DNA of 34,792 bases from a virus (taxonomy: Duplodnaviria; Caudoviricetes): the IMG/VR virus record IMGVR_UViG_3300017766_001735, positions 1 to 34,792 of that record; one strand, given 5' to 3'. A program made the position numbers and the translations under genes. This document shows, one piece after another, positions 1 to 8,422 of the stretch. Position 1 is the stretch's first letter, and the number at the start of each line of letters is the position of its first letter. The notes under the pieces were generated by a model. The model saw nothing but the letters and a program-made list of their open reading frames with translations, was not told where the DNA came from and did no database searches.

Positions 1-1857
1 ACCGACTTCCTCAAGATCGAGAACATCCGCAACGAGCGCGGCAAGACCCTCACGATGGTCGGGGCCAGCGACACGTTCCTCGACTACATCCGGAAGAACA
101 GCGAGAAGGCCGAGCTGATGAGTCCGGTGTGGCTTCCGATGGTCGAGCCTCCGATGGACTGGCGCGATCCGTTCGTCGGCGGATACCAGGCGAGGTTCTT
201 CCGCCGCCGCCCGCTGGTGAAGATCCACAGCCGGAACTATCTGAACGATCTCAAGGGACGGGACATGGCCTTCGTCTACAAGGCCGTCAACGCGATCCAG
301 CGCACGGCGTGGGAGGTCAACCCCTACATCATCGACATCGTGCGGCAATGCTGGGACCGCGGCGTTGAAATCGGTGACATCCCGCGGCGCGACGAGCACC
401 CCTACCCGGAGAAGCCGGACGACATCAAGGAGAACGCCGAGTCCCGCAGGCAGTACCGGAAGAACTACGTCCGCGTGAAGTGGGCGAACCAGCATCTCGG
501 CTCGAAGCGGATGCAGCTTGCGAAGATGCTGTGGGTCGCAAAGGAGTTCCAGGACAGGCCGATCTACTTCCCCGGCCAGCTCGACTTCCGCGGCCGCTAC
601 TACCCGATGCCCGGGTATCTGAACCCGCAGGGATTCGACGCCGCCCGAGCGGGGCTTCGGTTCCGCGAGTCGGTCAAGATCAACGACGACGGCGAGTGGT
701 GGCTGCGTGTGCACGGGGCCAACTGCTACGGGCTCGACAAGAAGCCGTACGCCGAGCGTCTGCAATGGAGCAAGGACTTCCACGACGACATCATGGGATC
801 CGGCATGGATCCGATGAGCCACATCGGATTCTGGAACAAGGCCGACAAGCCGTTCGAGTTCCTGGCCTTCTGCGACGAGTACAGCCGGATGCACCGATTC
901 CCCGGCGAGTACAGGACGCAGATCCCCGTCAGCATCGACGGATCGAACAACGCGCTACAGCTCATCTCGCTGCTGCTGCGCGACGAGATCGGAGCCGAGG
1001 CGACCAACTGCGTGGCCTGCGAGATCCCCGCGGACATCTACCGGATGGTCGCGGACCAGGTGGTGCATGAGCTGTCGTTCTCGCAGCACGAATACGCGAA
1101 GGCGTGGGCCGAGGTCGGCATCGCGCGTTCGTGCCTCAAGCGCCCGGTGATGACGAAGCCGTACGCGGCCACGCTGTACTCATGCAAGCAGTACATCGGT
1201 GAGTGGCTGCACGACGAGCTCGACCGACGGCGCAAGCTGGGACTACCTGTTCCGTTCACCGACGTCTACGCTCCGTCGATGTGGCTGGCGCGCATCGTCC
1301 ACCAGGTCATCGACCGCGTGGTCCCCGGCGTAGCCGCGCTGATGAGGTGGCTACAGGAGGTCAGCGACATCTGCGTACGGCACGACATCCCGATCTCATG
1401 GACGTCGCCGTCGGGATTCTGGATCCGCCAGCACTACCCGAAGTGGAAGCGCGAGGAGGTCCGCTGCGCCATCGGGCCGAAGATCCGCGTCCACGCCATC
1501 AACATCGAGGACCGCGGCATGAACAAGCGGGCCAACCGCAACGCGATCACGGCCAACTTCACCCATGCGCTCGATGCCTCGCTGATGGTGTGGTCCACCA
1601 ACCGCCTGCACGATCTGCACGGCATCCAGTCCGTGTCGTGGATCCACGACCAGGCATCGACACACGCTCCGTACGTCTCGATCCTACAGAACGAGATCAA
1701 GGAGTCCGCCATCGAGGTGTTCTCGATGGACATTCTCGGGACGTTCAAGGCCGAGGTGACGGCGATGCTGCCGCCTGGCGTTACGATCCCCGACCCACCG
1801 GAACGGGGGAGCTTCGATCTCAACCGACTCCGTTCCGCAGACTATTTCTTCGCATGA
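1..1857 (+). CDS. T7-like single-subunit DNA-dependent RNA polymerase (5'-truncated by window)
   Basis: Frame open from base 1. Motifs PMVEPPMDW, DFRGRYY, motif A (IDGSNNALQ), motif B (RSCLKRPVMTKPY), NFTHALD, motif C (IHD), and C-terminal YFFA like the T7 FAFA foot. Confidence 0.97.
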   Translation, partial: TDFLKIENIRNERGKTLTMVGASDTFLDYIRKNSEKAELMSPVWLPMVEPPMDWRDPFVGGYQARFFRRRPLVKIHSRNYLNDLKGRDMAFVYKAVNAIQRTAWEVNPYIIDIVRQCWDRGVEIGDIPRRDEHPYPEKPDDIKENAESRRQYRKNYVRVKWANQHLGSKRMQLAKMLWVAKEFQDRPIYFPGQLDFRGRYYPMPGYLNPQGFDAARAGLRFRESVKINDDGEWWLRVHGANCYGLDKKPYAERLQWSKDFHDDIMGSGMDPMSHIGFWNKADKPFEFLAFCDEYSRMHRFPGEYRTQIPVSIDGSNNALQLISLLLRDEIGAEATNCVACEIPADIYRMVADQVVHELSFSQHEYAKAWAEVGIARSCLKRPVMTKPYAATLYSCKQYIGEWLHDELDRRRKLGLPVPFTDVYAPSMWLARIVHQVIDRVVPGVAALMRWLQEVSDICVRHDIPISWTSPSGFWIRQHYPKWKREEVRCAIGPKIRVHAINIEDRGMNKRANRNAITANFTHALDASLMVWSTNRLHDLHGIQSVSWIHDQASTHAPYVSILQNEIKESAIEVFSMDILGTFKAEVTAMLPPGVTIPDPPERGSFDLNRLRSADYFFA

Positions 1858-1873
1858 GATCATGGAGACTGCA

Positions 1874-2491
1874 ATGAGCAAGAAGAAGATGACCAGTCCG
1901 CGCGGCGTGGCCGTTTGGCCGAAGCTCAACGAGGCGGACAAGACGTTCGAGCCGAAGGGCGTGTTCTCGACTGGCCTGCGCCTGTCCGCCGAGGACGCCG
2001 CGCCGATGCTGGACGAGCTGACGAAGATGCTGGAGGAGTTCTACGCCGAACAGGTGAAGAAGGAGAAGAAGAAGCTCAAGCGCGCCGATCTGCCGTGGAA
2101 GTCCGTGGTCGATGACAACGGCAAGGAGACGGGCGAGGTCGAGATCCGCTTCAAGCTGACGGCGAAGATCGACACCGACGACGGCAAGAGCATCGAGCAG
2201 CGCCCCGTGCTGTTCGACGCGAAGATGCGCCCGATGAACGACCGCATCGGCGGCGGCTCGGTCATCCGCGTCGGCTTCGACCCGAACTGCTGGCTGGTTC
2301 CCGCGCTCGGCGTCGGCATCTCGCTGCGTCTCAAGGCGGTCCAGGTCATCGAGCTCAAGCAGTTCGCCCCGCGCACCGCGAAGGACTTCGGCTTCAGCTC
2401 CGAGGAGGGATTCGAGACGGCGTTCACCGACGACGACAATCCCACGGACGGCGCGCCCGGCGGCGAACAGACCCCGGCGTCCGAGTTCTGA
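1874..2491 (+). CDS. single-stranded DNA-binding protein (T7 gp2.5-like)
   Basis: TSPRGVAVWPKL, IGGGSVIRV, GISLRLKAVQVIEL, acidic tail ending in F. GGAG precedes ATG 1874; alternative start 1862. Confidence 0.93.
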   Translation: MSKKKMTSPRGVAVWPKLNEADKTFEPKGVFSTGLRLSAEDAAPMLDELTKMLEEFYAEQVKKEKKKLKRADLPWKSVVDDNGKETGEVEIRFKLTAKIDTDDGKSIEQRPVLFDAKMRPMNDRIGGGSVIRVGFDPNCWLVPALGVGISLRLKAVQVIELKQFAPRTAKDFGFSSEEGFETAFTDDDNPTDGAPGGEQTPASEF

Positions 2492-2937
2492 TGCTGCTCC
2501 GGCTCACGGACATCGAGCCGATCCCCTGCCCGCGTCCGCGTCTGTCCAGGTTCGGGGCCTATTACCCGGCCAACTACACGATGTGGAAACGCAAGGCGGA
2601 CAAGGTGCTCCGGCAGGCCGTCAAGGGTCTGCCGGAGCACCGGGTGATCGACTACCCGATTGACGTGTGGATTTCCTTCCTGGTGAGGAAGCCGCGCGCG
2701 ACTCGGCTGTACTCTCCGAAGCCGGACATCGACAACTACATGAAGGCGATCTTCGACGCCTGCAACGGCATCATCTGGAAGGACGACTCGCTGGTGCAGA
2801 CGGTGTGGGCATCGAAGCTCTGGGCGGAGCTGGACAAGCCGGGCATCTATCTCTGGGTGAACAGGCATGAAGGAAGAAGCGACATTCATCCGTCACGAAC
2901 CATGCCCGAAGTGCGGGTCAGGGAACAACCTGGCTAG
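2491..2937 (+). CDS. rusA: RusA-family Holliday junction resolvase
   Basis: PCPRPR N-terminus and the signature KPDIDNYMKAIFDACNGIIWKDDSLV. TGATG coupling to SSB. Confidence 0.9.
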   Translation: MLLRLTDIEPIPCPRPRLSRFGAYYPANYTMWKRKADKVLRQAVKGLPEHRVIDYPIDVWISFLVRKPRATRLYSPKPDIDNYMKAIFDACNGIIWKDDSLVQTVWASKLWAELDKPGIYLWVNRHEGRSDIHPSRTMPEVRVREQPG

Positions 2938-4471
2938 GTATTCCGACGGACACGCATACTGCTTCGGATATGGCTGCGGGCACTACGAGGCCGGGGAAGG
3001 TGGAGCGAATCCACCACAACGAAGGGCAACTATGGCACATTCGATCCAGACGGAGATCGTGGCCCTGCCGAAGCGCGGGATCAACGAGGCGACGTGCAGG
3101 AAGTTCAACTACGGCATCGGGACCTACGGCGACAAGCCCGTACAGGTCGCGGACTACTGCACACCGGACGGCCAGCTGAAGGCGCAGAAGCTCCGCTTCG
3201 CGGACAAGTCCTTCACCGTCGTCGGTGACATGAAGGGCTGCGGCCTGTTCGGCCAGCACCTGTGGCGCGACGGCGGCAAGATGCTGGTCATCACCGAGGG
3301 CGAGATCGACTGTCTGTCGGTCAGCCAGCTACAGGACAACAAGTGGCCCGTGGTCAGCATCCCGACCGGGGCGTCCGGGGCGGAGAAGGCGGTCCGCGCG
3401 AACCTTGAGTGGATCGAGAAGTTCGAGTCCGTGGTGTTCATGTTCGACATGGACGAGCCCGGCCAGGGCGCGGCCACGGACTGCTCGATGCTGCTGACCC
3501 CGGGCAAGGCCCGTGTCGCGCGGCTTCCCCTCAAGGACGCGAACGAATGCCTTGTCGCGGGCCGCGGCAAGGACGTCATCGACGCGATGTGGGGAGCGAA
3601 GGTCTACCGACCAGACGGCATCGTGGACGGCCGCGATCTCTGGGAGGAGATCAACGCGAAGGATCAGCCGAGCGTCCCGTATCCGTGGACCGGACTGAAC
3701 GAGATGCTGCACGGTATGCGTACCGGGGAGCTGGTCACGATCACGTCCGGAAGCGGCATCGGCAAGAGCTCGGTTTGCCGAGAGCTGGCGCATTGGCTCA
3801 TGGGCATGGGGAACATCGTCGGCTACATCGCGCTGGAGGAGTCGGTGCGCCGCACCGCGCTCGGCATCATGTCGGTCGAGATGAACCGCAAGCTGCACAT
3901 CGACCGCGACAGCATCGACCGCGAGGCGTTCAAGCTGGCGTTCGACCGCACGGTCGGATCCGGCCGCCTGTTCCTGTACGACCACTTCGGTTCGTGCGAC
4001 TCGGAGAACCTGTTGGCCAGGATCCGCTACATGGTCCGCGGCCTGGAGTGCAAGTGGATCTTCCTTGACCACATATCCATCGTCGTCTCCGGCATTGACG
4101 AGGGCGAGGAGCGCCGCATCATCGACAACACGATGACGAAGCTGCGGATGCTGACGCAGGAACTGGACTGCGGCATGATCCTGGTGAGCCATCTCAAGCG
4201 GCCGAAGGAGCAGGGCCATGAAGAGGGCGCGGCTACTAGCCTGGCGCAGCTCCGCGGTTCCGGGGCCATCGGCCAGCTGTCCGACATCGTGATCGGCCTG
4301 GAGCGCAACCAGCAGGACGAGGGGAAGAAGAACCAGACCAAGATCCGTGTGCTGAAGAACCGCTTCGGCGGCGACACGGGCAGGGCGGGCACGTTGCTGT
4401 GGCATAAGGACACAGGCCGACTGTCCGAAATGGGAATGGGGTTCTGTCCGGCGGAGCTGCCGGAGTTCTGA
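2867..4471 (+). CDS. primase-helicase (T7 gp4-like)
   Basis: Zn finger CPKCGS...YCFGYGC, TOPRIM EGEIDCLS and FDMDEPG, Walker A SGSGIGKS, LDHISIVVSG, LRGSGAIGQLSD, KNRFGG. Confidence 0.97.
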   Translation: MKEEATFIRHEPCPKCGSGNNLARYSDGHAYCFGYGCGHYEAGEGGANPPQRRATMAHSIQTEIVALPKRGINEATCRKFNYGIGTYGDKPVQVADYCTPDGQLKAQKLRFADKSFTVVGDMKGCGLFGQHLWRDGGKMLVITEGEIDCLSVSQLQDNKWPVVSIPTGASGAEKAVRANLEWIEKFESVVFMFDMDEPGQGAATDCSMLLTPGKARVARLPLKDANECLVAGRGKDVIDAMWGAKVYRPDGIVDGRDLWEEINAKDQPSVPYPWTGLNEMLHGMRTGELVTITSGSGIGKSSVCRELAHWLMGMGNIVGYIALEESVRRTALGIMSVEMNRKLHIDRDSIDREAFKLAFDRTVGSGRLFLYDHFGSCDSENLLARIRYMVRGLECKWIFLDHISIVVSGIDEGEERRIIDNTMTKLRMLTQELDCGMILVSHLKRPKEQGHEEGAATSLAQLRGSGAIGQLSDIVIGLERNQQDEGKKNQTKIRVLKNRFGGDTGRAGTLLWHKDTGRLSEMGMGFCPAELPEF

Positions 4472-4497
4472 ACGAAACAATCGAAAGGAGCGAAAGA

Positions 4498-6261
4498 ATG
4501 AAGCGTGTCGTGTTCGACATCGAGACAAATAGTCTTGACCCGCAGACGGTGGAGATCCTGTGCATCTCCGTTCTCAATCCAAAGACGCAATCGTGCGTGA
4601 CGTACGGTCCGTCCTTCGACACCTTGCGCGAGGGTGTCAAGGAGATCCTGACCGCCGACCAGATGATCGGCCACAACATCGTCGGGTTCGACATCCCATG
4701 CATCGCGGCGTGGCTGCACCGCAAGGACAGCGACCTGGCGTTCGCCTGGGACATCCGGTGCAAGTCGATCCACCAGGTCGATACGATGGTCCTTGCCCGG
4801 CTGGTGTTCCCCGACCAGAAGGAGCGCGACTTCATCGCTGAAGCCGCCGGGAACAAGATCCCCACGCAGCTCATCGGCAAGCACAGCCTCAAGGCGTGGG
4901 GCTACAGGCTCGGGCTGCTCAAGGGCGATCTGCTGGAGAAGGTCGAGGACTTCTCCAAGCTGGAGTACACCGAGGAGCTGGCCGCGTACAACCGCAACGA
5001 CTGCGAGGTGACGTGGAAGGTCTACTGCCACCTGGAGCCGCACTTGAGCATCGACGCCAGGTGCATCCCCATCGAGATGAAGTTTGCCGAGGTGATCCAG
5101 AAGCAGATGGCGCGCGGGTTCTGCTTCGACGTCGCCGCCGCGTACGAGCTGGTCGCCACGCTACAGAAGCGCAAGCTGGATCTGGTCGAGGAGCTTCAGC
5201 GCATCGTGCCGCCCGCCGAGGTCAAGCTCAAGACAAAGACCAAGTACATCCCGTTCAATCCCGGTAGCCGCGACCAGATCGCTGACTACCTGATGACGCA
5301 GGGGTGGAAGCCGGAGGAGTTCACTCCGTCCGGCAAGCCGATGGTTGACGAGTCGATCCTGTCGGTGCTGACGTTCCCCGCGGCCAAGTCGATCTGCGAG
5401 TACCTGACCGTGGCGAAGCGCCTGGGTCAGATCGTGGACGGCGAGGAGGCGTGGATCAAGGCGGAGAAGAACGGCCGGATCCACGGCTACGTCAACACCA
5501 ACGGGGCCGTCACCGGGCGATGCACCCACAGCAGGCCGAACATCGCACAGGTCCCCGCGGCCAGCGCGATGCACGGCAAGGCTTGCCGCCGCCTGTTCCG
5601 CGCCACGCCGGGGATGAAGATGCTGGGGTGCGATGCGTCCGGCCTGGAGCTGCGATGCCTGGCCCACTATCTCGCGGCCTATGACGGCGGCGAGTACGCC
5701 AACATCGTGACGAACGGCGACGTGCACACCAAGAACCAGCAGGCGGCCGGGCTTGAGACGCGCAACCAGGCCAAGACGTTCATCTACGCATTCCTGTACG
5801 GCGCAGGCGATCTCAAGATCGGCGCCATCGTGAACGGCGGGACGCGCGAAGGTAAGAAGCTGAAGGAGAAGTTCCTCACCGAGATGCCCGCGCTCAAGAA
5901 GCTGCGCGATGCCGTGGCCACCGCGGCCGACCGCGGCTACCTGACAGGCATCGACGGGCGCAAGCTGTGGGTCCGGTCCAAGCACAGCGCGCTGAACACC
6001 CTGCTCCAGTCGGCCGGGGCCATCGCGGTCAAGCAGGCGACGATCCTTATGGACAGGGAGATCGCCGTCAGGTTCCCGGGGATGATCCACCAGGTCGCGC
6101 ACATCCACGACGAGATCCAGTTCGAGGGGATCCCGCAGGCGCTTGAGGCGTTCGCTCCGTTCACGAAGCAGGCGTTCCAGATGGCAGGCGAACAGCTCGG
6201 GTTCCGCTGCCCGCTGGACGGTGAATACCGGATCGGGGATACCTGGGCAGAAACGCATTGA
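4498..6261 (+). CDS. family A DNA polymerase (T7 gp5-like)
   Basis: Exo I FDIET, GHNIVGFD, HSLKAWGYRLG, motif A DASGLELRCLAHY, motif B KTFIYAFLYG, motif C HDEIQ, ends WAETH. RBS AAAGGAG. Confidence 0.97.
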   Translation: MKRVVFDIETNSLDPQTVEILCISVLNPKTQSCVTYGPSFDTLREGVKEILTADQMIGHNIVGFDIPCIAAWLHRKDSDLAFAWDIRCKSIHQVDTMVLARLVFPDQKERDFIAEAAGNKIPTQLIGKHSLKAWGYRLGLLKGDLLEKVEDFSKLEYTEELAAYNRNDCEVTWKVYCHLEPHLSIDARCIPIEMKFAEVIQKQMARGFCFDVAAAYELVATLQKRKLDLVEELQRIVPPAEVKLKTKTKYIPFNPGSRDQIADYLMTQGWKPEEFTPSGKPMVDESILSVLTFPAAKSICEYLTVAKRLGQIVDGEEAWIKAEKNGRIHGYVNTNGAVTGRCTHSRPNIAQVPAASAMHGKACRRLFRATPGMKMLGCDASGLELRCLAHYLAAYDGGEYANIVTNGDVHTKNQQAAGLETRNQAKTFIYAFLYGAGDLKIGAIVNGGTREGKKLKEKFLTEMPALKKLRDAVATAADRGYLTGIDGRKLWVRSKHSALNTLLQSAGAIAVKQATILMDREIAVRFPGMIHQVAHIHDEIQFEGIPQALEAFAPFTKQAFQMAGEQLGFRCPLDGEYRIGDTWAETH

Positions 6262-6672
6262 GTGACGGAATACCTGGCGGGATACCTAGACGGCGAGGGG
6301 TGCATACGGTGGCAGGGAAACCGTGCGTACGTCTCGATCACCAACACCTACCCGCGCACCCTGCATGAGCTGGCGCGGAGATACAAGGGCAACGTCAGGT
6401 CATTGAAAGTAGGCAAGGACGTGCACCGGACCGTGTTCCGGTGGGAGGCGACGGGACGACACGCGGTCAGGTTCCTGCGCGTGGTCCGGAAGTTCCTACA
6501 GGAGAAGCGCAGGCAGGCCGACATCGTTGTCGAGCTCTCCAGCATCGGGTGCACACCGGATACTTGCTACGTCAAGAGCCTGATACAAGAGCTGAACCAA
6601 CTGAAGAGGATCGACTATGGCAGGCAGACGAAAGCTGAAGGCATTGATCGACGGGGACATCCTGATCCATAG
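6262..6672 (+). CDS. free-standing single-motif LAGLIDADG homing endonuclease
   Basis: N-terminal YLAGYLDGEGCI followed by the typical pattern (VSITNT...L...Y.G, FRWEATG...FL...FLQEKRRQA). GTG start directly after the polymerase stop. Confidence 0.85.
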   Translation: MTEYLAGYLDGEGCIRWQGNRAYVSITNTYPRTLHELARRYKGNVRSLKVGKDVHRTVFRWEATGRHAVRFLRVVRKFLQEKRRQADIVVELSSIGCTPDTCYVKSLIQELNQLKRIDYGRQTKAEGIDRRGHPDP

Positions 6673-7393
6673 GATCTCGGCGGCAGTCGAGGTCCCGACG
6701 AAGTGGGACGACGACATCTGGACCCTGCATTCGGACGCGCGCATGGCCAAGGTCCTGCTCGACGTCGAGGTCGCCAAGATCCGCGAGAAGCTGGGCGGCA
6801 AGAACGTCGATGTCGTGATGTGCGTGTCGCACAAGGAGAACTGGCGCAAGGCGGTCTACCCGGCCTACAAGTCCAACCGCAAGGACAACCGGAAGCCGCT
6901 GTGCTACTCGGAGCTCCGTGCATACGTCTCGACGGCGTACGCAGTCGAGTGCTGGTGGAGCCTGGAGGCCGATGACGTCATGGGCATCATGGCGACGGCG
7001 CCGAAGTCGAATGCCGTGATCGTCACCATCGACAAGGATCTCAAGACGATCCCTGCCCGGCTGTTCAATCCCGACACCGAGGAGATGTGGGAGAACAGCG
7101 TGGAGCAGGCCGACTACGCGCACATGATGCAGACCCTGTGCGGCGACCAGGCCGATGGATACCCGGGATGCCCGGGAATCGGCGCGAAGCGGGCCGCGGA
7201 CATCCTGGCATCGACGTCCGACCCGGTGGCGCGGTGGAGCGCCATCAAGACCGCGTTCGAGAAGGCGGGGCTCTCGGAGTTCGAGGCCATCGTCCAGGCC
7301 CGGATCGCACGGATCCTGCGTAGCTGCGACTTCAACAAGACGCGAGAGGAGGTGCTGCTGTGGAATCCCCCGCAGGCGATGGCTTCACTCTGA
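6617..7393 (+). CDS. 5'-3' exonuclease (T7 gp6-like)
   Basis: LIDGDIL, YKSNRK, LEADDVMGI, DKDLKTIP, GDQADGYPGCPGIG, QARIARIL. Confidence 0.95.
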   Translation: MAGRRKLKALIDGDILIHRISAAVEVPTKWDDDIWTLHSDARMAKVLLDVEVAKIREKLGGKNVDVVMCVSHKENWRKAVYPAYKSNRKDNRKPLCYSELRAYVSTAYAVECWWSLEADDVMGIMATAPKSNAVIVTIDKDLKTIPARLFNPDTEEMWENSVEQADYAHMMQTLCGDQADGYPGCPGIGAKRAADILASTSDPVARWSAIKTAFEKAGLSEFEAIVQARIARILRSCDFNKTREEVLLWNPPQAMASL

Positions 7394-7749
7394 AGGACAG
7401 CGGGCAACGCGAGGAGTTTCCCACCGGAAGCCGCCGCGACACCCGAAACGGAAAGGGACGGTTCGACCTGTTGTCTCCCTTCGTGATGACGCGTGACGCC
7501 GTTCTACTGGAGCGCGGCGCGGTCAAGTACGGGGAGCGAAACTGGGAGAAGGGTCAGCCCGTCTCGCGGTTCATGGACTCCGCAATCCGCCACCTACAGC
7601 GGTACATGATGGGAGAGCGCGACGAGGACCACCTGGCCGCAGCGCGCTGGAACATCGGCGCGATCATGCACATGGAGGAGATGGTCAGGCGGGGCCATCT
7701 CCCGAAGGAGCTGATGGACATTCCGGACTGGACACCGAAGCAGCCATGA
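7360..7749 (+). CDS. DUF5664-like (dATP/dGTP diphosphohydrolase-type) protein
   Basis: KGRFDLLSP, GAVKYGERNWEKG, SAIRHL, EDHLAAARWN. GAGGAGG RBS before GTG 7360. Confidence 0.8.
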   Translation: MESPAGDGFTLKDSGQREEFPTGSRRDTRNGKGRFDLLSPFVMTRDAVLLERGAVKYGERNWEKGQPVSRFMDSAIRHLQRYMMGERDEDHLAAARWNIGAIMHMEEMVRRGHLPKELMDIPDWTPKQP

Positions 7750-7997
7750 ACAACGCGGCCTCCTACATACTCAAACGTAGGCTGGCCAAGTTCTTCTCCG
7801 AGAACCTTGATGAAGCGGACGTCGTGGAAACGTATGTCGAGGACCTGGCCCACTACTTCCGGTGCACCCCGCAGTTCCTGGTCAGGACGGTGAACACCAG
7901 GGCGGATCGGCGCGAGATCGAGGGCATTGCCCTTGAATCGGGCTACAGGCTGGTACTCTCATATCGTCCCGGCGTGATCTTCTGCTACAGGAAATAA
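7746..7997 (+). CDS. hypothetical protein
   Basis: ATGA overlap with the upstream gene, fills the gap; no motif recognised. Confidence 0.6.
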   Translation: MNNAASYILKRRLAKFFSENLDEADVVETYVEDLAHYFRCTPQFLVRTVNTRADRREIEGIALESGYRLVLSYRPGVIFCYRK

Positions 7998-8005
7998 CTC
8001 CCCTT

Positions 8006-8203
8006 ATGGACCCCGAACAAGACGAATATCTATTGCCCGTCAGCCGGGAGCTGGTCGATGCGCTTGAGCGCATGATCCCCGAGAGGTGTCCGGATCTCAA
8101 CGAGCGTCGGCGCGACGTGTGGCACTATGCAGGCCAGCGCGCCGTGGTCCGCCTGCTCCAGCGTCATCTCAAAGCCCGGATGGAATCCAACCATGTGCTC
8201 TAG
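8006..8203 (+). CDS. small conserved podophage protein upstream of portal
   Basis: LVDALERMIPERCPD...AGQRAVVRLL pattern resembles small genes at this position in T7-like phages (recalled, not searched). Confidence 0.7.
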   Translation: MDPEQDEYLLPVSRELVDALERMIPERCPDLNERRRDVWHYAGQRAVVRLLQRHLKARMESNHVL

Positions 8204-8420
8204 TCCAAAGATCCCCGCGATGCCGCCGCCCCCTCCGCTTCCGCCGATGCCGGGGCCGCCGCCGCGTCCGCCGATCAACCCGGAACGCACGACGCAGGCG
8301 ATGGCCCCCGCGCGCGGTGCATCGGGAGCGCCCGTCGCCTCCGACGCGTACACGCGCCGCGGCGCCGGACGTTCCGCGCTGACCATCCCGATGGAGACTG
8401 GCCTCAACATCCCTAGCTGA
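8193..8420 (+). CDS. small virion/tail-assembly protein (T7 gp6.7/gp7.3-like), proline-rich
   Basis: Starts MCSSPKIP, ends GRSALTI...GLNIPS, immediately before portal. ATG 8193 is in frame with ORF 8127..8420. Confidence 0.75.
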   Translation: MCSSPKIPAMPPPPPLPPMPGPPPRPPINPERTTQAMAPARGASGAPVASDAYTRRGAGRSALTIPMETGLNIPS

Positions 8421-8422
8421 CC

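Noticed and set aside
1-54. Integrase or attachment site indicating a temperate lifestyle
   Set aside because: No integrase, tRNA or host gene lies in the window; the region upstream of the RNA polymerase is not visible.
4477-4486. ACAATCGAAA shared with 34571-34580 as a phage promoter
   Set aside because: Only two copies, and the second lies just before a terminator; could be chance.
6262-6672. LAGLIDADG ORF as intein or group I intron
   Set aside because: The polymerase and exonuclease are both complete, there are no intein terminal residues, and no non-coding room for a ribozyme core.
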